Shown piece after piece: positions 1-9,022 of a DNA stretch of 32,000 nucleotides. Below the pieces are notes generated by a model. It made no database searches and had not been told where the DNA came from. It was given only the letters and a program-made list of their open reading frames with translations. The position numbers and the translations under genes were made by a program. The stretch is from Cuniculiplasma divulgatum (lineage in GTDB: Archaea; Thermoplasmatota; Thermoplasmata; Thermoplasmatales; Thermoplasmataceae). Each line of letters starts with the position of its first letter. Within the stretch, counting starts at the first letter, position 1. The stretch covers positions 1,470,001 to 1,502,000 of the forward strand of contig NZ_LT671858.1 of assembly GCF_900083515.1 (NCBI RefSeq). The letters are read 5' to 3'.

Positions 1-2
1 AA

Positions 3-1775
3 GAATGCGCCAAAAAAAGTTGCCATGAAGATAAGGCCCTTGAAGCGCAGCTGGGGAAATATTATATTTCAGCCATGGATTTGAAATTAATAAATAGTTT
101 GAGATTTAAACCACTGGAAGAAATACTATATAAAATAAATGAAATGAAAGATAAGGAGGATATTCCAGAAATAATAGCCTTTTTACACAGATCAGGAATA
201 AGAGCGCTTTTTAGATTGGAAGTGGATAATGACGAGAAGCAGAGCAACAAATACGCAGTGTATCTTAATCAGGGAGGATTGGCACTTCCCAACAGGGATT
301 ATTATCTTGAAGATAATTTTAAACAAATAAGAATTGAGTACAAAGCACATTTAAAAAAAATGTTTGAACTTAACGGGGTTGAAAAAGAAAAGGCAGAAAA
401 AATATCAGAAACTGTAATGAATATAGAAACAGAAATGGCAAGGGCAAGCAGAAGACCTGTTGAACTGAGGGATCCTGAAAGGAATTACAACAGGGTAGAA
501 ATGAAAGATGCTGACAAAATTTTCGGTAATATCAACATGCGAAGATATTTACGGGATACTGAACTTGATAAAATGGATTACTTGATAGTAGGGCAACCTG
601 AATTTTTCAAAGGACTTTCATTGCTGAAAGAACAATATTCTCTGGAAGAATGGAAAGAATATCTTACGTGGAAAGTTCTTCATTTTGCCGCTCCATACCT
701 TCATGAAGAGGTAGAAAAAGAGGATTTTGACTTTTTCCGCAAGAAACTTCTAGGACAGAATGAGATGGAGAAGAGATGGAAGAAGGTTGTTTTCATAGTA
801 GACGAAACAATGGGTGAAGCCCTCGGGAAACTCTATGTGGACAGAGAATTTGGAGAAGAATCCAGAAAAAGAATGCACGATATGGTAGAGGACCTAAGGG
901 AAGTATTTGTTGAAAGGATTAAGAGTCTTCCCTGGATGGGAGAACAAACAAAGGAGAAAGCCCTGGAAAAATTTAGTAAATTCAGAGCTAAAATAGGTTA
1001 CCCTTCTAAATTCATTGATTACTCTTCAATAAAAATAACAAACGATGACTTTTTAGGAAATGTTTTGAGATGCAACCAGTTTGAATTCAACAGAAAAACA
1101 TCAAGGGCTGGAAAGGATGTGGATCGGGAACTTTGGGGGATGACACCACCAACAGTAAACGCCTATTTCTCACCAACGGACAATGAGATAGTATTTCCGG
1201 CAGGTATTCTCCAGCCACCCTTCTTCGATCCAGATATGGATGACGCCGTTAATTATGGAGCTACTGGAGGTACAATTGCTCACGAGATTTCCCATGGTTT
1301 TGACGATGAGGGTAGAAAGTTTGATCTTGATGGAAACCTGAAGGAATGGTGGTCAGAAGACGATGACAGGGCATTCATGGATAGGGCAAAGGAAGTCGTC
1401 GACATTTACAGCAGTTTGGAGGTGTTACCAGGTCTGAAGGTTAATGGAGAACTTACGCTTGGTGAGAATATTGCAGATCTTGGAGGAGTAAGTATTGCGT
1501 TCGAAGCACTCCAGAGAAGATTGAGTAAAAACCCTGAAATGAGAAAGAACATAGATGGACTGACCCCTGAGCAGAGATTCTTTCTTGGATGGGCTCAGAG
1601 CTGGAGAGAATCTGTAAAGGAAGATGCATTGAGATATCAAATATCAAATGATCCTCACTCGCCTGCAAAGATAAGAGCGGAAATTCCAGCGAAGGTTCAT
1701 GAGGATTTTGAGAACGTGTTCAGTAATCTAAGTTCAAAGAAAAACTCAAGATTCAGGAAGATTAAGATCTGGTAA
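3..1775 (+). CDS. M13-family (neprilysin/PepO-like) zinc metallopeptidase, 5'-truncated by the window edge
   Basis: The frame stays open from nt 3 to the listed Met at 75 (ECAKKSCHEDKALEAQLGKYYISAMD), so the gene starts upstream of the window. M13 signatures are present: NAYFSP...VFPAGILQPPFF, the HEISHGFD zinc motif (HExxH) and the downstream GENIADLGG (ExxxD). Confidence 0.85.
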   Translation, partial: ECAKKSCHEDKALEAQLGKYYISAMDLKLINSLRFKPLEEILYKINEMKDKEDIPEIIAFLHRSGIRALFRLEVDNDEKQSNKYAVYLNQGGLALPNRDYYLEDNFKQIRIEYKAHLKKMFELNGVEKEKAEKISETVMNIETEMARASRRPVELRDPERNYNRVEMKDADKIFGNINMRRYLRDTELDKMDYLIVGQPEFFKGLSLLKEQYSLEEWKEYLTWKVLHFAAPYLHEEVEKEDFDFFRKKLLGQNEMEKRWKKVVFIVDETMGEALGKLYVDREFGEESRKRMHDMVEDLREVFVERIKSLPWMGEQTKEKALEKFSKFRAKIGYPSKFIDYSSIKITNDDFLGNVLRCNQFEFNRKTSRAGKDVDRELWGMTPPTVNAYFSPTDNEIVFPAGILQPPFFDPDMDDAVNYGATGGTIAHEISHGFDDEGRKFDLDGNLKEWWSEDDDRAFMDRAKEVVDIYSSLEVLPGLKVNGELTLGENIADLGGVSIAFEALQRRLSKNPEMRKNIDGLTPEQRFFLGWAQSWRESVKEDALRYQISNDPHSPAKIRAEIPAKVHEDFENVFSNLSSKKNSRFRKIKIW

Positions 1776-1830
1776 TGAATTAGATAGTGAAATATGGACA
1801 ATGTGTTTAATAGGAAAATGAAATATTAGG

Positions 1831-2874
1831 TTGATTTCAATGAAGATTAACGTTGATGGTGAAGAGAGAAAATTCAGGTCAGTCTGGTTTGAGAAAGATG
1901 AAGTTGTACTGATAGAGCAGAGGAACCTTCCTGAAAAGATCGAATTTTACAGGGCTAAAAATTCAGATGATATTGCATATGCAATTAAACACATGGTTGT
2001 AAGGGGTGCCCCGGCTATTGGTGTTACTGCTGCCTATGGTCTCGCCCTTGCAAAGATCAAGGGAGAAAATATGGAAGAGGCAGTTGAAAAGATAAGAAAG
2101 ACGAGACCAACTGCTTATGACCTGTTCAAGGCCATAGATTTCATGAAGAGCAATGGATTTGATATTCACGCAGCTGAGAGATACAGTCAAGAGGTAAGTG
2201 GAAGGTGCAAGAAGATAGGAGAATATGGTAACGTATTGATAGCAGATGGGTCAAAGATTCTAACACACTGCAACGCAGGAGCCCTTGCAGTTGTAGACTG
2301 GGGGACTGCCCTTGCTCCTATGAGATACGCAAAGGAAAGTGGCAAAAACATATTCGTTTTTGTAGATGAAACAAGACCAAGGCTTCAGGGGGCAAAGCTG
2401 ACCGCATGGGAACTGGAGCAGGAAGGAATCGATCATGCCATAATTGCAGACAATGCAGCTGGATATTTCATGAAGAAGGGCGATGTGAATCTGGCAATTG
2501 TTGGTGCGGACAGGATCTGTGCAAACGGGGATTTTGCAAACAAGATAGGCACCTATGAGAAAGCAGTTCTTGCAAAGGAGAATGGTATTCCATTTTACGT
2601 TGCAGCACCAGGGACAACATTCGACTTCAATCTAAAAACTGGGGATGAAATTCCCATAGAGGAGAGAGATCAGGAAGAGGTGCTTGTTGTAAATGGTAAA
2701 AAAATTGGACCGGAAAACAGCAAGGCAAGGAATCCCGCCTTTGATGTAACGCCTAACAGGTATGTCTCAGGATATATTACTGAATACGGAATTTTTAGAC
2801 CTGACCAGCTTGGAGACTTAAAAAGGAAAGTACAGAGTGATCTTTTCATGAGAACTACCACTCCAACAGCTTAA
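1831..2874 (+). CDS. mtnA: Methylthioribose-1-phosphate isomerase / aIF-2B-related (MtnA family) protein
   Basis: The N-terminus WFEKDEVVLIEQRNLPEKIEFY...MVVRGAPAIGVTAAYGLALA, the THCNAGALA motif and GADRI are typical of the MtnA/eIF-2B alpha-beta-delta family. The listed start is TTG at 1831; an ATG at 1840 is an alternative. Confidence 0.8.
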   Translation: MISMKINVDGEERKFRSVWFEKDEVVLIEQRNLPEKIEFYRAKNSDDIAYAIKHMVVRGAPAIGVTAAYGLALAKIKGENMEEAVEKIRKTRPTAYDLFKAIDFMKSNGFDIHAAERYSQEVSGRCKKIGEYGNVLIADGSKILTHCNAGALAVVDWGTALAPMRYAKESGKNIFVFVDETRPRLQGAKLTAWELEQEGIDHAIIADNAAGYFMKKGDVNLAIVGADRICANGDFANKIGTYEKAVLAKENGIPFYVAAPGTTFDFNLKTGDEIPIEERDQEEVLVVNGKKIGPENSKARNPAFDVTPNRYVSGYITEYGIFRPDQLGDLKRKVQSDLFMRTTTPTA

Positions 2875-2875
2875 A

Positions 2876-2902
2876 TTAAAAAATGTTAAAAAATTTTTAA
2901 AA
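2876..2902. terminator. Putative bidirectional A/T-tract terminator between convergent genes
   Basis: The near-palindrome ttaaaaaatttttaa gives a T5 run on the + strand after mtnA and T4/T6 runs on the - strand after the symporter stop. Archaeal RNA polymerase terminates at oligo-T tracts. Confidence 0.35.
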
Positions 2903-4438
2903 TTAGTAGTCTGGAACTAATTCTGAATTTTCAATGATTCCCTCGTCCTTTTCTTTGCCCAGAAGCCTGAAAATGAACTGGACAACAAAAACCGTAAGCA
3001 GATTCAGTAAGAGTGCAGCTATTCCAACATACATGTAGTCAAATGTTTTGTACAGAGACCCTGCAAAATTCAGGGAGAATAGCAGGTAAAGAGTTGTGGA
3101 TAGACCAACTATCCATCCCAGACCAATAGACCATTTGTTAAATCTCCTTGTATATAGGGCGATATAAACTGCTGGCAGTGTTTGAAGGATGAATGCTCCA
3201 CCAAAGGTTTGCAGGTAAACGATGTTCGCTGAGGCAGCAGGGACTATGGAGAATGCTATTGATGCAATGATTACAACAAGTACAAGAACTCTCGAGAGCC
3301 ATGCCTGAGTTCTGGAAGATGCTTTAGGATTTATATATTCAAGATACACATTCCTTGTGAGCAGGTTTGCCGAAGCTATGGCCATTATAGATGCTGGTAC
3401 CACACTTCCAATGACAATTGCTGCGTATGCAAATGATGTAAATAGTGATGGAAACATGTCTTTTATGAGGTCTGGTATGGCAAAAGATGAGTTAGCCGAT
3501 GAGAATACGCCATTGTTTGCAACAACTGCAGCTATTCCCATTACAGCAACAATCAATAAAAGCACATTATAAAGTGGTAAAAGAGAAGAGTTCCTTTTTA
3601 TGGTTTTTACATCCTTTGATGCGAGAGTTCCGGTGACTCCGTGAGGATACAGGAATAAAGCCAGTGCAGATCCTAATGCAAGAGTTGTATATCCCAGAGC
3701 CAGGGTAGGACTTTCAAAGAGAGGTGCATTAGCATTTGGGTGTGGGTTTGCTACAGTTTTTGTCCCGAATAAGATGGAAGCCTGATGGAAAATGTTTCCA
3801 AAGCCTCCAAGCCTGTAAGGAACATAGATTATTACCGTTAGAACCACGACCCATATGATTGCATCCTTCAGAATTGCAGTAAGTGCTGGCCCCCTTAAAC
3901 CACTTAGGAAAGTGAACAGTCCAACAAGGACGTAGGCTATAATTAAAGTGTAGGTAACAGGCAGACTCATTACAGTAAGAACTGCTTTTATACTCACAAT
4001 TTGAAGTGCTATATATGGAAGTTCAGCGACCACACCTGTTAGACCGATCAACATTGCAAGCATTCGGGAGTTGAATCTATCCTTGACGAAGTCGGATGAA
4101 GTTATATAACCTCTCTTTTTGGATACAGAGTAGAGCCTTGGCATTGTAGCATATACTATTGGGTATATCATTATACCATATGTAATTGCAAACATTGCAA
4201 GTGCACCACTGTCAGATGCGACTCCAGGAACAGCTATCAATGTATAGGCAGTGTAAAGATCACCACCTAGGAGGAACCATATTACAATGGTTCCAAACTT
4301 GCTTCCTCCTAGACCCCACTCACTCATATCTGACATTGTTTTTGGCTTTCTCCAAAAATATGCCATGAATCCTGCAAAGAGCACTACAGCAACCATCACA
4401 AAGAACAAAACATAATCAATAGTATTGAAGTACGCCAT
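2903..4438 (-). CDS. Sodium:solute symporter (SSS) family transporter
   Basis: This is a 511-aa polytopic membrane protein with about 13 hydrophobic segments. It has SSS-like N-terminal motifs (WGLGGSKFGT...FLLGGDLYTAYTLIAVPG) and forms an operon with a small membrane partner protein. Confidence 0.8.
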   Translation of the reverse strand: MAYFNTIDYVLFFVMVAVVLFAGFMAYFWRKPKTMSDMSEWGLGGSKFGTIVIWFLLGGDLYTAYTLIAVPGVASDSGALAMFAITYGIMIYPIVYATMPRLYSVSKKRGYITSSDFVKDRFNSRMLAMLIGLTGVVAELPYIALQIVSIKAVLTVMSLPVTYTLIIAYVLVGLFTFLSGLRGPALTAILKDAIIWVVVLTVIIYVPYRLGGFGNIFHQASILFGTKTVANPHPNANAPLFESPTLALGYTTLALGSALALFLYPHGVTGTLASKDVKTIKRNSSLLPLYNVLLLIVAVMGIAAVVANNGVFSSANSSFAIPDLIKDMFPSLFTSFAYAAIVIGSVVPASIMAIASANLLTRNVYLEYINPKASSRTQAWLSRVLVLVVIIASIAFSIVPAASANIVYLQTFGGAFILQTLPAVYIALYTRRFNKWSIGLGWIVGLSTTLYLLFSLNFAGSLYKTFDYMYVGIAALLLNLLTVFVVQFIFRLLGKEKDEGIIENSELVPDY

Positions 4439-4623
4439 TAGGCAGCACCTCTTGCTTTGTGCTCACGAGTTTCGATTGTATAGACCGAGAAAGTGAATAT
4501 GGCCGCTATAAAAATCCACATCAGTTGATACCAGTAGAAAAATGGCCATCCACCAATTTCAGGCTGAACCCTATCATATATAGTGAAACCCACAGTCATG
4601 AAAACATATGGGATCACCAGCAT
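4438..4623 (-). CDS. Small two-helix membrane protein, DUF3311-like partner of SSS transporters
   Basis: The 61-aa protein carries GGWPFFYWYQLMWIFIAAIF. Its stop overlaps the symporter start by 1 nt at 4438, the usual arrangement of the small subunit upstream of SSS permeases. Confidence 0.6.
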   Translation of the reverse strand: MLVIPYVFMTVGFTIYDRVQPEIGGWPFFYWYQLMWIFIAAIFTFSVYTIETREHKARGAA

Positions 4624-4735
4624 AATGAACTAAGCAATGTTATTCATTAACACAAACTAATGTAGAGTAGTATTAAAATATTTTGTTTTGGAACCTATAA
4701 AGTTACAAAGACTTATATCTAAATATAAAATCCTT

Positions 4736-4748
4736 GAAAAACAAAAAA
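4736..4748 (-). terminator. Oligo-T terminator directly 3' of the 5S rRNA
   Basis: The minus-strand sequence immediately after the 5S 3' end reads TTTTTTGTTTTTCA. Confidence 0.5.
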
Positions 4749-4867
4749 GTGACAGCGAACCACGCTTTCCATGCCCTCGCGGAACATAGTACGCACGTGA
4801 TACGTAACGGGCTTTACCATCGGGTTCGGAATGAGACCGGGTGTTACCCCGTCACTATGACCGTCAC
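4749..4867 (-). rRNA. rrf: 5S ribosomal RNA (119 nt), not linked to 16S/23S genes
   Basis: The reverse complement reads GUGACGGUCAUAGUGACGGGGUAACACCCGGUCUCAUUCCGAACCCGAUGGUAAAGCCCGUUACGUAUCACGUGCGUACUAUGUUCCGCGAGGGCAUGGAAAGCGUGGUUCGCUGUCAC. It contains conserved 5S blocks (CAUUCCGAAC, GUACU, GGAAAG). The 5' GUGACGG pairs with the 3' CGCUGUCAC to form helix I. Confidence 0.9.
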
Positions 4868-4887
4868 ACTCAGATATATATCAGGTC

Positions 4888-4895
4888 TATTTTAA
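4888..4895 (-). promoter_or_regulatory. Putative TATA box of the 5S rRNA promoter
   Basis: The minus strand reads CCTTAAAATAGACC, placing TTAAAATA about 21-28 nt upstream of the inferred mature 5' end at 4867. An A-rich BRE-like stretch lies just upstream. Confidence 0.4.
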
Positions 4896-5000
4896 GGTTT
4901 TTGTATATGTCCTTCCTTCATAGTATGTCCTATTTTCTCAACGTAATCTCATCTTCTTCATATTTATCATTCCACTAAGGATTTCATAATTAGCCGAAGA

Positions 5001-5008
5001 TTTTTATA
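5001..5008 (+). promoter_or_regulatory. Putative TATA box for the otsA-otsB operon
   Basis: TTTTTATA lies 22 nt upstream of the GTG at 5030 and 34 nt upstream of the ATG at 5042. This implies a leaderless or very short-leader mRNA. Confidence 0.3.
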
Positions 5009-5029
5009 CTCTCAAACCCTTTTAACTCT

Positions 5030-6349
5030 GTGTCCGTGATAATGGTTACAAGCAGGGGTCCCTATTCCTATGAGAAAAAAAATAACCGCATAATTAAGCA
5101 GGAAAATGTAGGGGGTGTAGCCACAGGACTGAAGAAAATTATAGAGAGAGATAGGGGAACCTGGATATGCTGGGGTGATGGAAACGCTGACCATCTGTAT
5201 CAGGATGAAAATAATGGTCTCTATCGAATTAAAAGAATACTGCTAAATCCCAGAGAAAAAAAAGGATTTTATGATGACTATTCAAACAGTACACTCTGGC
5301 CACTGTTTCACTATTTCAGGGAAAAGATAGAACACGATTCAATTGCTTACGGTTATTACAGACATGTAAATAGAAAGTTTGCAGAGGTTATCAAAGATAC
5401 TGCTTCTTCTGAAGATGTAATATGGGTTCACGATTATCAGCTATCACTTGTACCGAAGTACCTGAGAGATATGGGTGTGAAGAATAAACTTCTCTTTACA
5501 TGGCATATCCCCTGGGTCTCAAGTGAATTCTACACCATCCTCCCTGAAAGGGAAGATATAGTTAAAAGCATATCAATGTGCAATAGCATCACTTTTCATA
5601 CGCAAAAATACAGAACAAATTTCAGACATTCCTACGAAAGAGTGGTGGGTTATGACAAAGAACTTGAAAGAAGAACGTTTACCTTTCCACTTGGAATAGA
5701 TTATCAATCATTTTCTCATGAACAGATTGAATCTGGTAAGAGACCTTTTGAAGATAAAAAGATTATATTCTCCATAGACCGGCTTGATTATACAAAGGGA
5801 CTCGTAGAAAGGGTCAATGCCATTGAGATGTTTATAAAGAAATATCCTGAATTCAAGGAAAAATTTGTTTATCTTATGATGGTAACGCCAAGCAGGATTG
5901 GTGTGGAAGAATATGAAAAGCTAAAGGAAAAACTTGAAATGAATGTAGGAAGAATAAACGGTCTTTATGGAAACCTTAACTGGGTTCCAATTGTTTACAT
6001 GTATAGAAAGATAAATTCGGACATTCTTAAAACCTATTATAGCTGGGGTGATATAGCATTAATAACACCTATGAAGGATGGGCTGAACCTGGTCTCAATG
6101 GAGTACGTGGCAGTTTCAAAGAAAGGAGTTCTAATCCTTTCTGAGTTTGCTGGTATTTCGGAATATCTAAGAGGGGCAATAAAGACAAATCCCAACTCAG
6201 ATGATGATGTATCAGAAAAGATTGCTATGGCCATGAGAATGCCAGATAGTGAAATTCTTAGAAGATTGCGAAGCATGAAAGATTTTTTGAGAAAACATGA
6301 TGATAAATGGTGGGCCAACAGGATTCTTGGAACGCTGGTGAAAAACTGA
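5030..6349 (+). CDS. otsA: Trehalose-6-phosphate synthase (GT20 family)
   Basis: GT20 motifs are present: LWPLFHY, VHDYQL, DRLDYTKG, TPMKDGLNLV and LSEFAG. Start candidates are GTG 5030, GTG 5036 and ATG 5042. Confidence 0.9.
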   Translation: MSVIMVTSRGPYSYEKKNNRIIKQENVGGVATGLKKIIERDRGTWICWGDGNADHLYQDENNGLYRIKRILLNPREKKGFYDDYSNSTLWPLFHYFREKIEHDSIAYGYYRHVNRKFAEVIKDTASSEDVIWVHDYQLSLVPKYLRDMGVKNKLLFTWHIPWVSSEFYTILPEREDIVKSISMCNSITFHTQKYRTNFRHSYERVVGYDKELERRTFTFPLGIDYQSFSHEQIESGKRPFEDKKIIFSIDRLDYTKGLVERVNAIEMFIKKYPEFKEKFVYLMMVTPSRIGVEEYEKLKEKLEMNVGRINGLYGNLNWVPIVYMYRKINSDILKTYYSWGDIALITPMKDGLNLVSMEYVAVSKKGVLILSEFAGISEYLRGAIKTNPNSDDDVSEKIAMAMRMPDSEILRRLRSMKDFLRKHDDKWWANRILGTLVKN

Positions 6350-7081
6350 TTGATTACAGAAGACATTGAAAAGTACCTTACGGGAATTGAAAAAGGCTCA
6401 CAGATATTTCTGGATTATGATGGTACTCTTGTTCCCATAATCATGGATCCAGAACTCTGCTTTGCGGATAACGAATTAAGAGAAATCCTTAAAGAAATAG
6501 ATAGGCTGTATGAGCTTTATATAATTTCAGGTAGAACCCTTGAAGATCTAAAGAAATTCATAAATCTGAACCTTAACTATGTTTATCTTCATGGAATGTT
6601 CGCAGATCTTAAGGGAAAAACCATCGAGTTTGTTGAAAATTCTTCAAAATATTTTGATACTTTCAGGAAACTTGAGAATGAAGTTCGCTTCCCAGATGGA
6701 AGTGGTGTGAGAACATACAGGAAGCCATATGGGTTCGTGATTCACCTTGGACTGGTGCCAGATAGCCTAAAACCTGAATATATAAAACAGGCAGAAATCC
6801 TTGGAAAGGAGTATGGGCTGGAGATATATTATGGGATAAACCTAATAGAACTTAAGGTACCCGGAGTGAATAAGGGAAGGGCAATAAGAGCCCTGCGGAA
6901 TGATAGAAAGTGCCTGATTGCCGGTGATGAAGCTACTGATGAATATGGCTTTGTGGAATGTCCGGAATGCCTTACCATACATATAGGCAATGGAAAAACT
7001 GCTGCAATATTATCTGTGAGAAATATAGATGAATTTAGGAAAATACTTAAGGCACTTATTCAGAAACCGGATATATCGTAA
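6350..7081 (+). CDS. otsB: Trehalose-6-phosphate phosphatase (HAD superfamily)
   Basis: It carries the FLDYDGTLVPI motif (HAD motif I as found in OtsB) and a C-terminal GDEATDE motif. The TTG start directly abuts the otsA TGA (tgattg), suggesting translational coupling. Confidence 0.85.
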   Translation: MITEDIEKYLTGIEKGSQIFLDYDGTLVPIIMDPELCFADNELREILKEIDRLYELYIISGRTLEDLKKFINLNLNYVYLHGMFADLKGKTIEFVENSSKYFDTFRKLENEVRFPDGSGVRTYRKPYGFVIHLGLVPDSLKPEYIKQAEILGKEYGLEIYYGINLIELKVPGVNKGRAIRALRNDRKCLIAGDEATDEYGFVECPECLTIHIGNGKTAAILSVRNIDEFRKILKALIQKPDIS

Positions 7082-7887
7082 AAATCTCTTCTTCTTGCAG
7101 TGAGAACCTTTACGTTTTCTCTGTATGAAGTCACTTCTGACATATCAATTTTCACAGTAATATCTTCCTCATCTTCGCCCAGCTCTTCTATTACCTTTCC
7201 TGCCGGTGAAATCACTGTTGAATGCCCTATGAATTCTGGTCCAGATTGCCCAGAAGCCACAACAAAAACCCCATTTGTCATTGCGATACTTTTCAGCAGT
7301 GCAGTCCATGTCTCAAGCTTGTATTCTCCCTTAAAGAATCCAGCCTGAATGGTTATCATCTGTGCACCCTTTAGCGCATATAATCTGGACAGTTCCGGAA
7401 ACCTTATATCATAACAGATTTCCATACCAAGTGGAATGCCATTAAGGGAAATGACTTCTGGTCTTCTGAGACCCTCATTGTAAACCTTCGATTCCATATA
7501 TCCGTAGGAGTCAAATAGATGGAGTTTCTGATATTTTCCAAATAGAATACCCATATTGTCTATGGCAAATGATGTGTTGAATGGTTTCTCAGTTTGACCC
7601 CTGCTCTCCACAAAATTTCCAATTACAGCTATTTCTCTTTTCATAGTCATACTTCTGATTTCCTCAACGAATTGTCCAGTGATAGATTCAGAGACATCAA
7701 TCATAAAGTTTCTGTCATTGAAATCTGGCTTGATCATAGAGTATTCAGGAAATATAACCAGATCCTGTTTTCCAGAATATTTGTCAATTTTTCCCTTTAT
7801 AAAGTCCAGGTTTTCTTCCTTGCTTTTTCCGGAATTGAATTGCACAACTGCAATTCTCATTTGATTGCTTACTGAAGAACCGTTCAT
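7060..7887 (-). CDS. Carbon-nitrogen hydrolase (nitrilase superfamily, Nit/omega-amidase-like)
   Basis: The Glu-Lys-Cys triad context is present: VIFPEY, YQKLHLFD and MEICYDIRFPE. An alternative start at the second Met (MRIAVVQFN, nt 7860) is plausible. Confidence 0.85.
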   Translation of the reverse strand: MNGSSVSNQMRIAVVQFNSGKSKEENLDFIKGKIDKYSGKQDLVIFPEYSMIKPDFNDRNFMIDVSESITGQFVEEIRSMTMKREIAVIGNFVESRGQTEKPFNTSFAIDNMGILFGKYQKLHLFDSYGYMESKVYNEGLRRPEVISLNGIPLGMEICYDIRFPELSRLYALKGAQMITIQAGFFKGEYKLETWTALLKSIAMTNGVFVVASGQSGPEFIGHSTVISPAGKVIEELGEDEEDITVKIDMSEVTSYRENVKVLTARRRDFYDISGF

Positions 7888-7939
7888 CCTTTCACTAACT
7901 CATTATGTTTTGAGTGTATAATATTTTTGTTAAAAATGA

Positions 7940-9022
7940 TCATCTCTTCAGATTAAGTTTCTCTGGAAGATATGTATCAGTTACAAAATTCAGGCCATAT
8001 TTGGCCAGAGCCTGTTGTTCAGCTTTCTGATTTATTTTAAGCATCGTCTCAATTTCTGATTTCCAGAATTCGTTTTGGAATCTTGGGTCCTGAAGTTCAG
8101 AATTTAATGCTGATATATCCTTGTCATTCAATTTATCTGTTGGAAGATCATAATTGAGTATATCTGAAGCACTAATTCCCACAAATTCAGCTGTTGGAAC
8201 TGCAAGCCAGTGTGAAATGTGTGCAGTCTTTATTGCCCCATATGCCACTGATGCATATATCCTGAACGACCATGGATCCCCATCTGTGAAGATATATACG
8301 GGAAGACCCATCTCCTCATTCATCCTCTTGAGCATCCTTCTTGTGCTTCTAGCTGGCTGCCCCTTAAGATGGACAAGTATTGCCCTGAAATCCTCGTCAA
8401 ACTTGTTTTCCACAAGTCTGTCAAACATTCCTCCCGTTTCCAGAGCTACAATCATATCTGCATCGTGTGATATGAGCCTGACCTTTTCCTCCTCTACATT
8501 ATATGGTATATTATATCCCGCATCTCCAACATCATCACGACAGTTGATTCTCTTAAATTCATTCTTCCTGTTCTTTTCCTCTATGGTAATATCGCCAATA
8601 ATACTTGCACCATTCTCCTCCGGCCTCAGATGAAAATCCTCTCTCATCAATTCTGTCATTACTTCCATGTCCTCTGCGAGCACATTTGACTCGTCCTGTG
8701 TCGCAAACTTGTAATCCTTCCAGCCCTCAGATATGTAATACATCTCCCTGAGAGTTGATGACTTTGACTCTTTCAACATATCAAGAATGAAGTTGATTGT
8801 GTAAAGTGATTTGGCAATGAACTCTGCTCCATCTATCTTTCTGGCTGTTCTCCTAACCTCCTGGTCCCCGTATTTCCATACACCGTATAGTGCGTCAAGA
8901 ACTATGTTATCCCGTGTTCGTGACTTAATCTTTATCTCAGGGATATCCTCATTCTTTATGGCCTCATAAATTGTATTTACAAAGTTCTTCAGCTGTTCTT
9001 CTGTATTTTCACTCCTGCTCAT
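7940..9022 (-). CDS. top6A: DNA topoisomerase VI subunit A (Spo11-like)
   Basis: This 360-aa protein has the Top6A/Spo11 winged-helix region with REMYY and a Toprim region ([24 protein letters not shown]). It overlaps top6B by 14 nt in the usual B-A operon order. Confidence 0.95.
   Translation of the reverse strand: MSRSENTEEQLKNFVNTIYEAIKNEDIPEIKIKSRTRDNIVLDALYGVWKYGDQEVRRTARKIDGAEFIAKSLYTINFILDMLKESKSSTLREMYYISEGWKDYKFATQDESNVLAEDMEVMTELMREDFHLRPEENGASIIGDITIEEKNRKNEFKRINCRDDVGDAGYNIPYNVEEEKVRLISHDADMIVALETGGMFDRLVENKFDEDFRAILVHLKGQPARSTRRMLKRMNEEMGLPVYIFTDGDPWSFRIYASVAYGAIKTAHISHWLAVPTAEFVGISASDILNYDLPTDKLNDKDISALNSELQDPRFQNEFWKSEIETMLKINQKAEQQALAKYGLNFVTDTYLPEKLNLKR

Noticed and set aside
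8154-8633. Long ORFs listed on the strand opposite well-supported genes. Examples are 8154-8633, 9892-10935 (several ORFs), 11537-11969, 12467-12967, 15352-15642, 16380-16631 and 30050-30564.
   Set aside because: They are shadow ORFs lying entirely within strongly supported genes (top6A/B, PAC2/nop10, aIF2alpha/S27e, the ABC ATPase, the S component, L19e/L32e). Their translations are low-complexity, Ser/Leu/Phe-rich sequences with no recognisable motifs.
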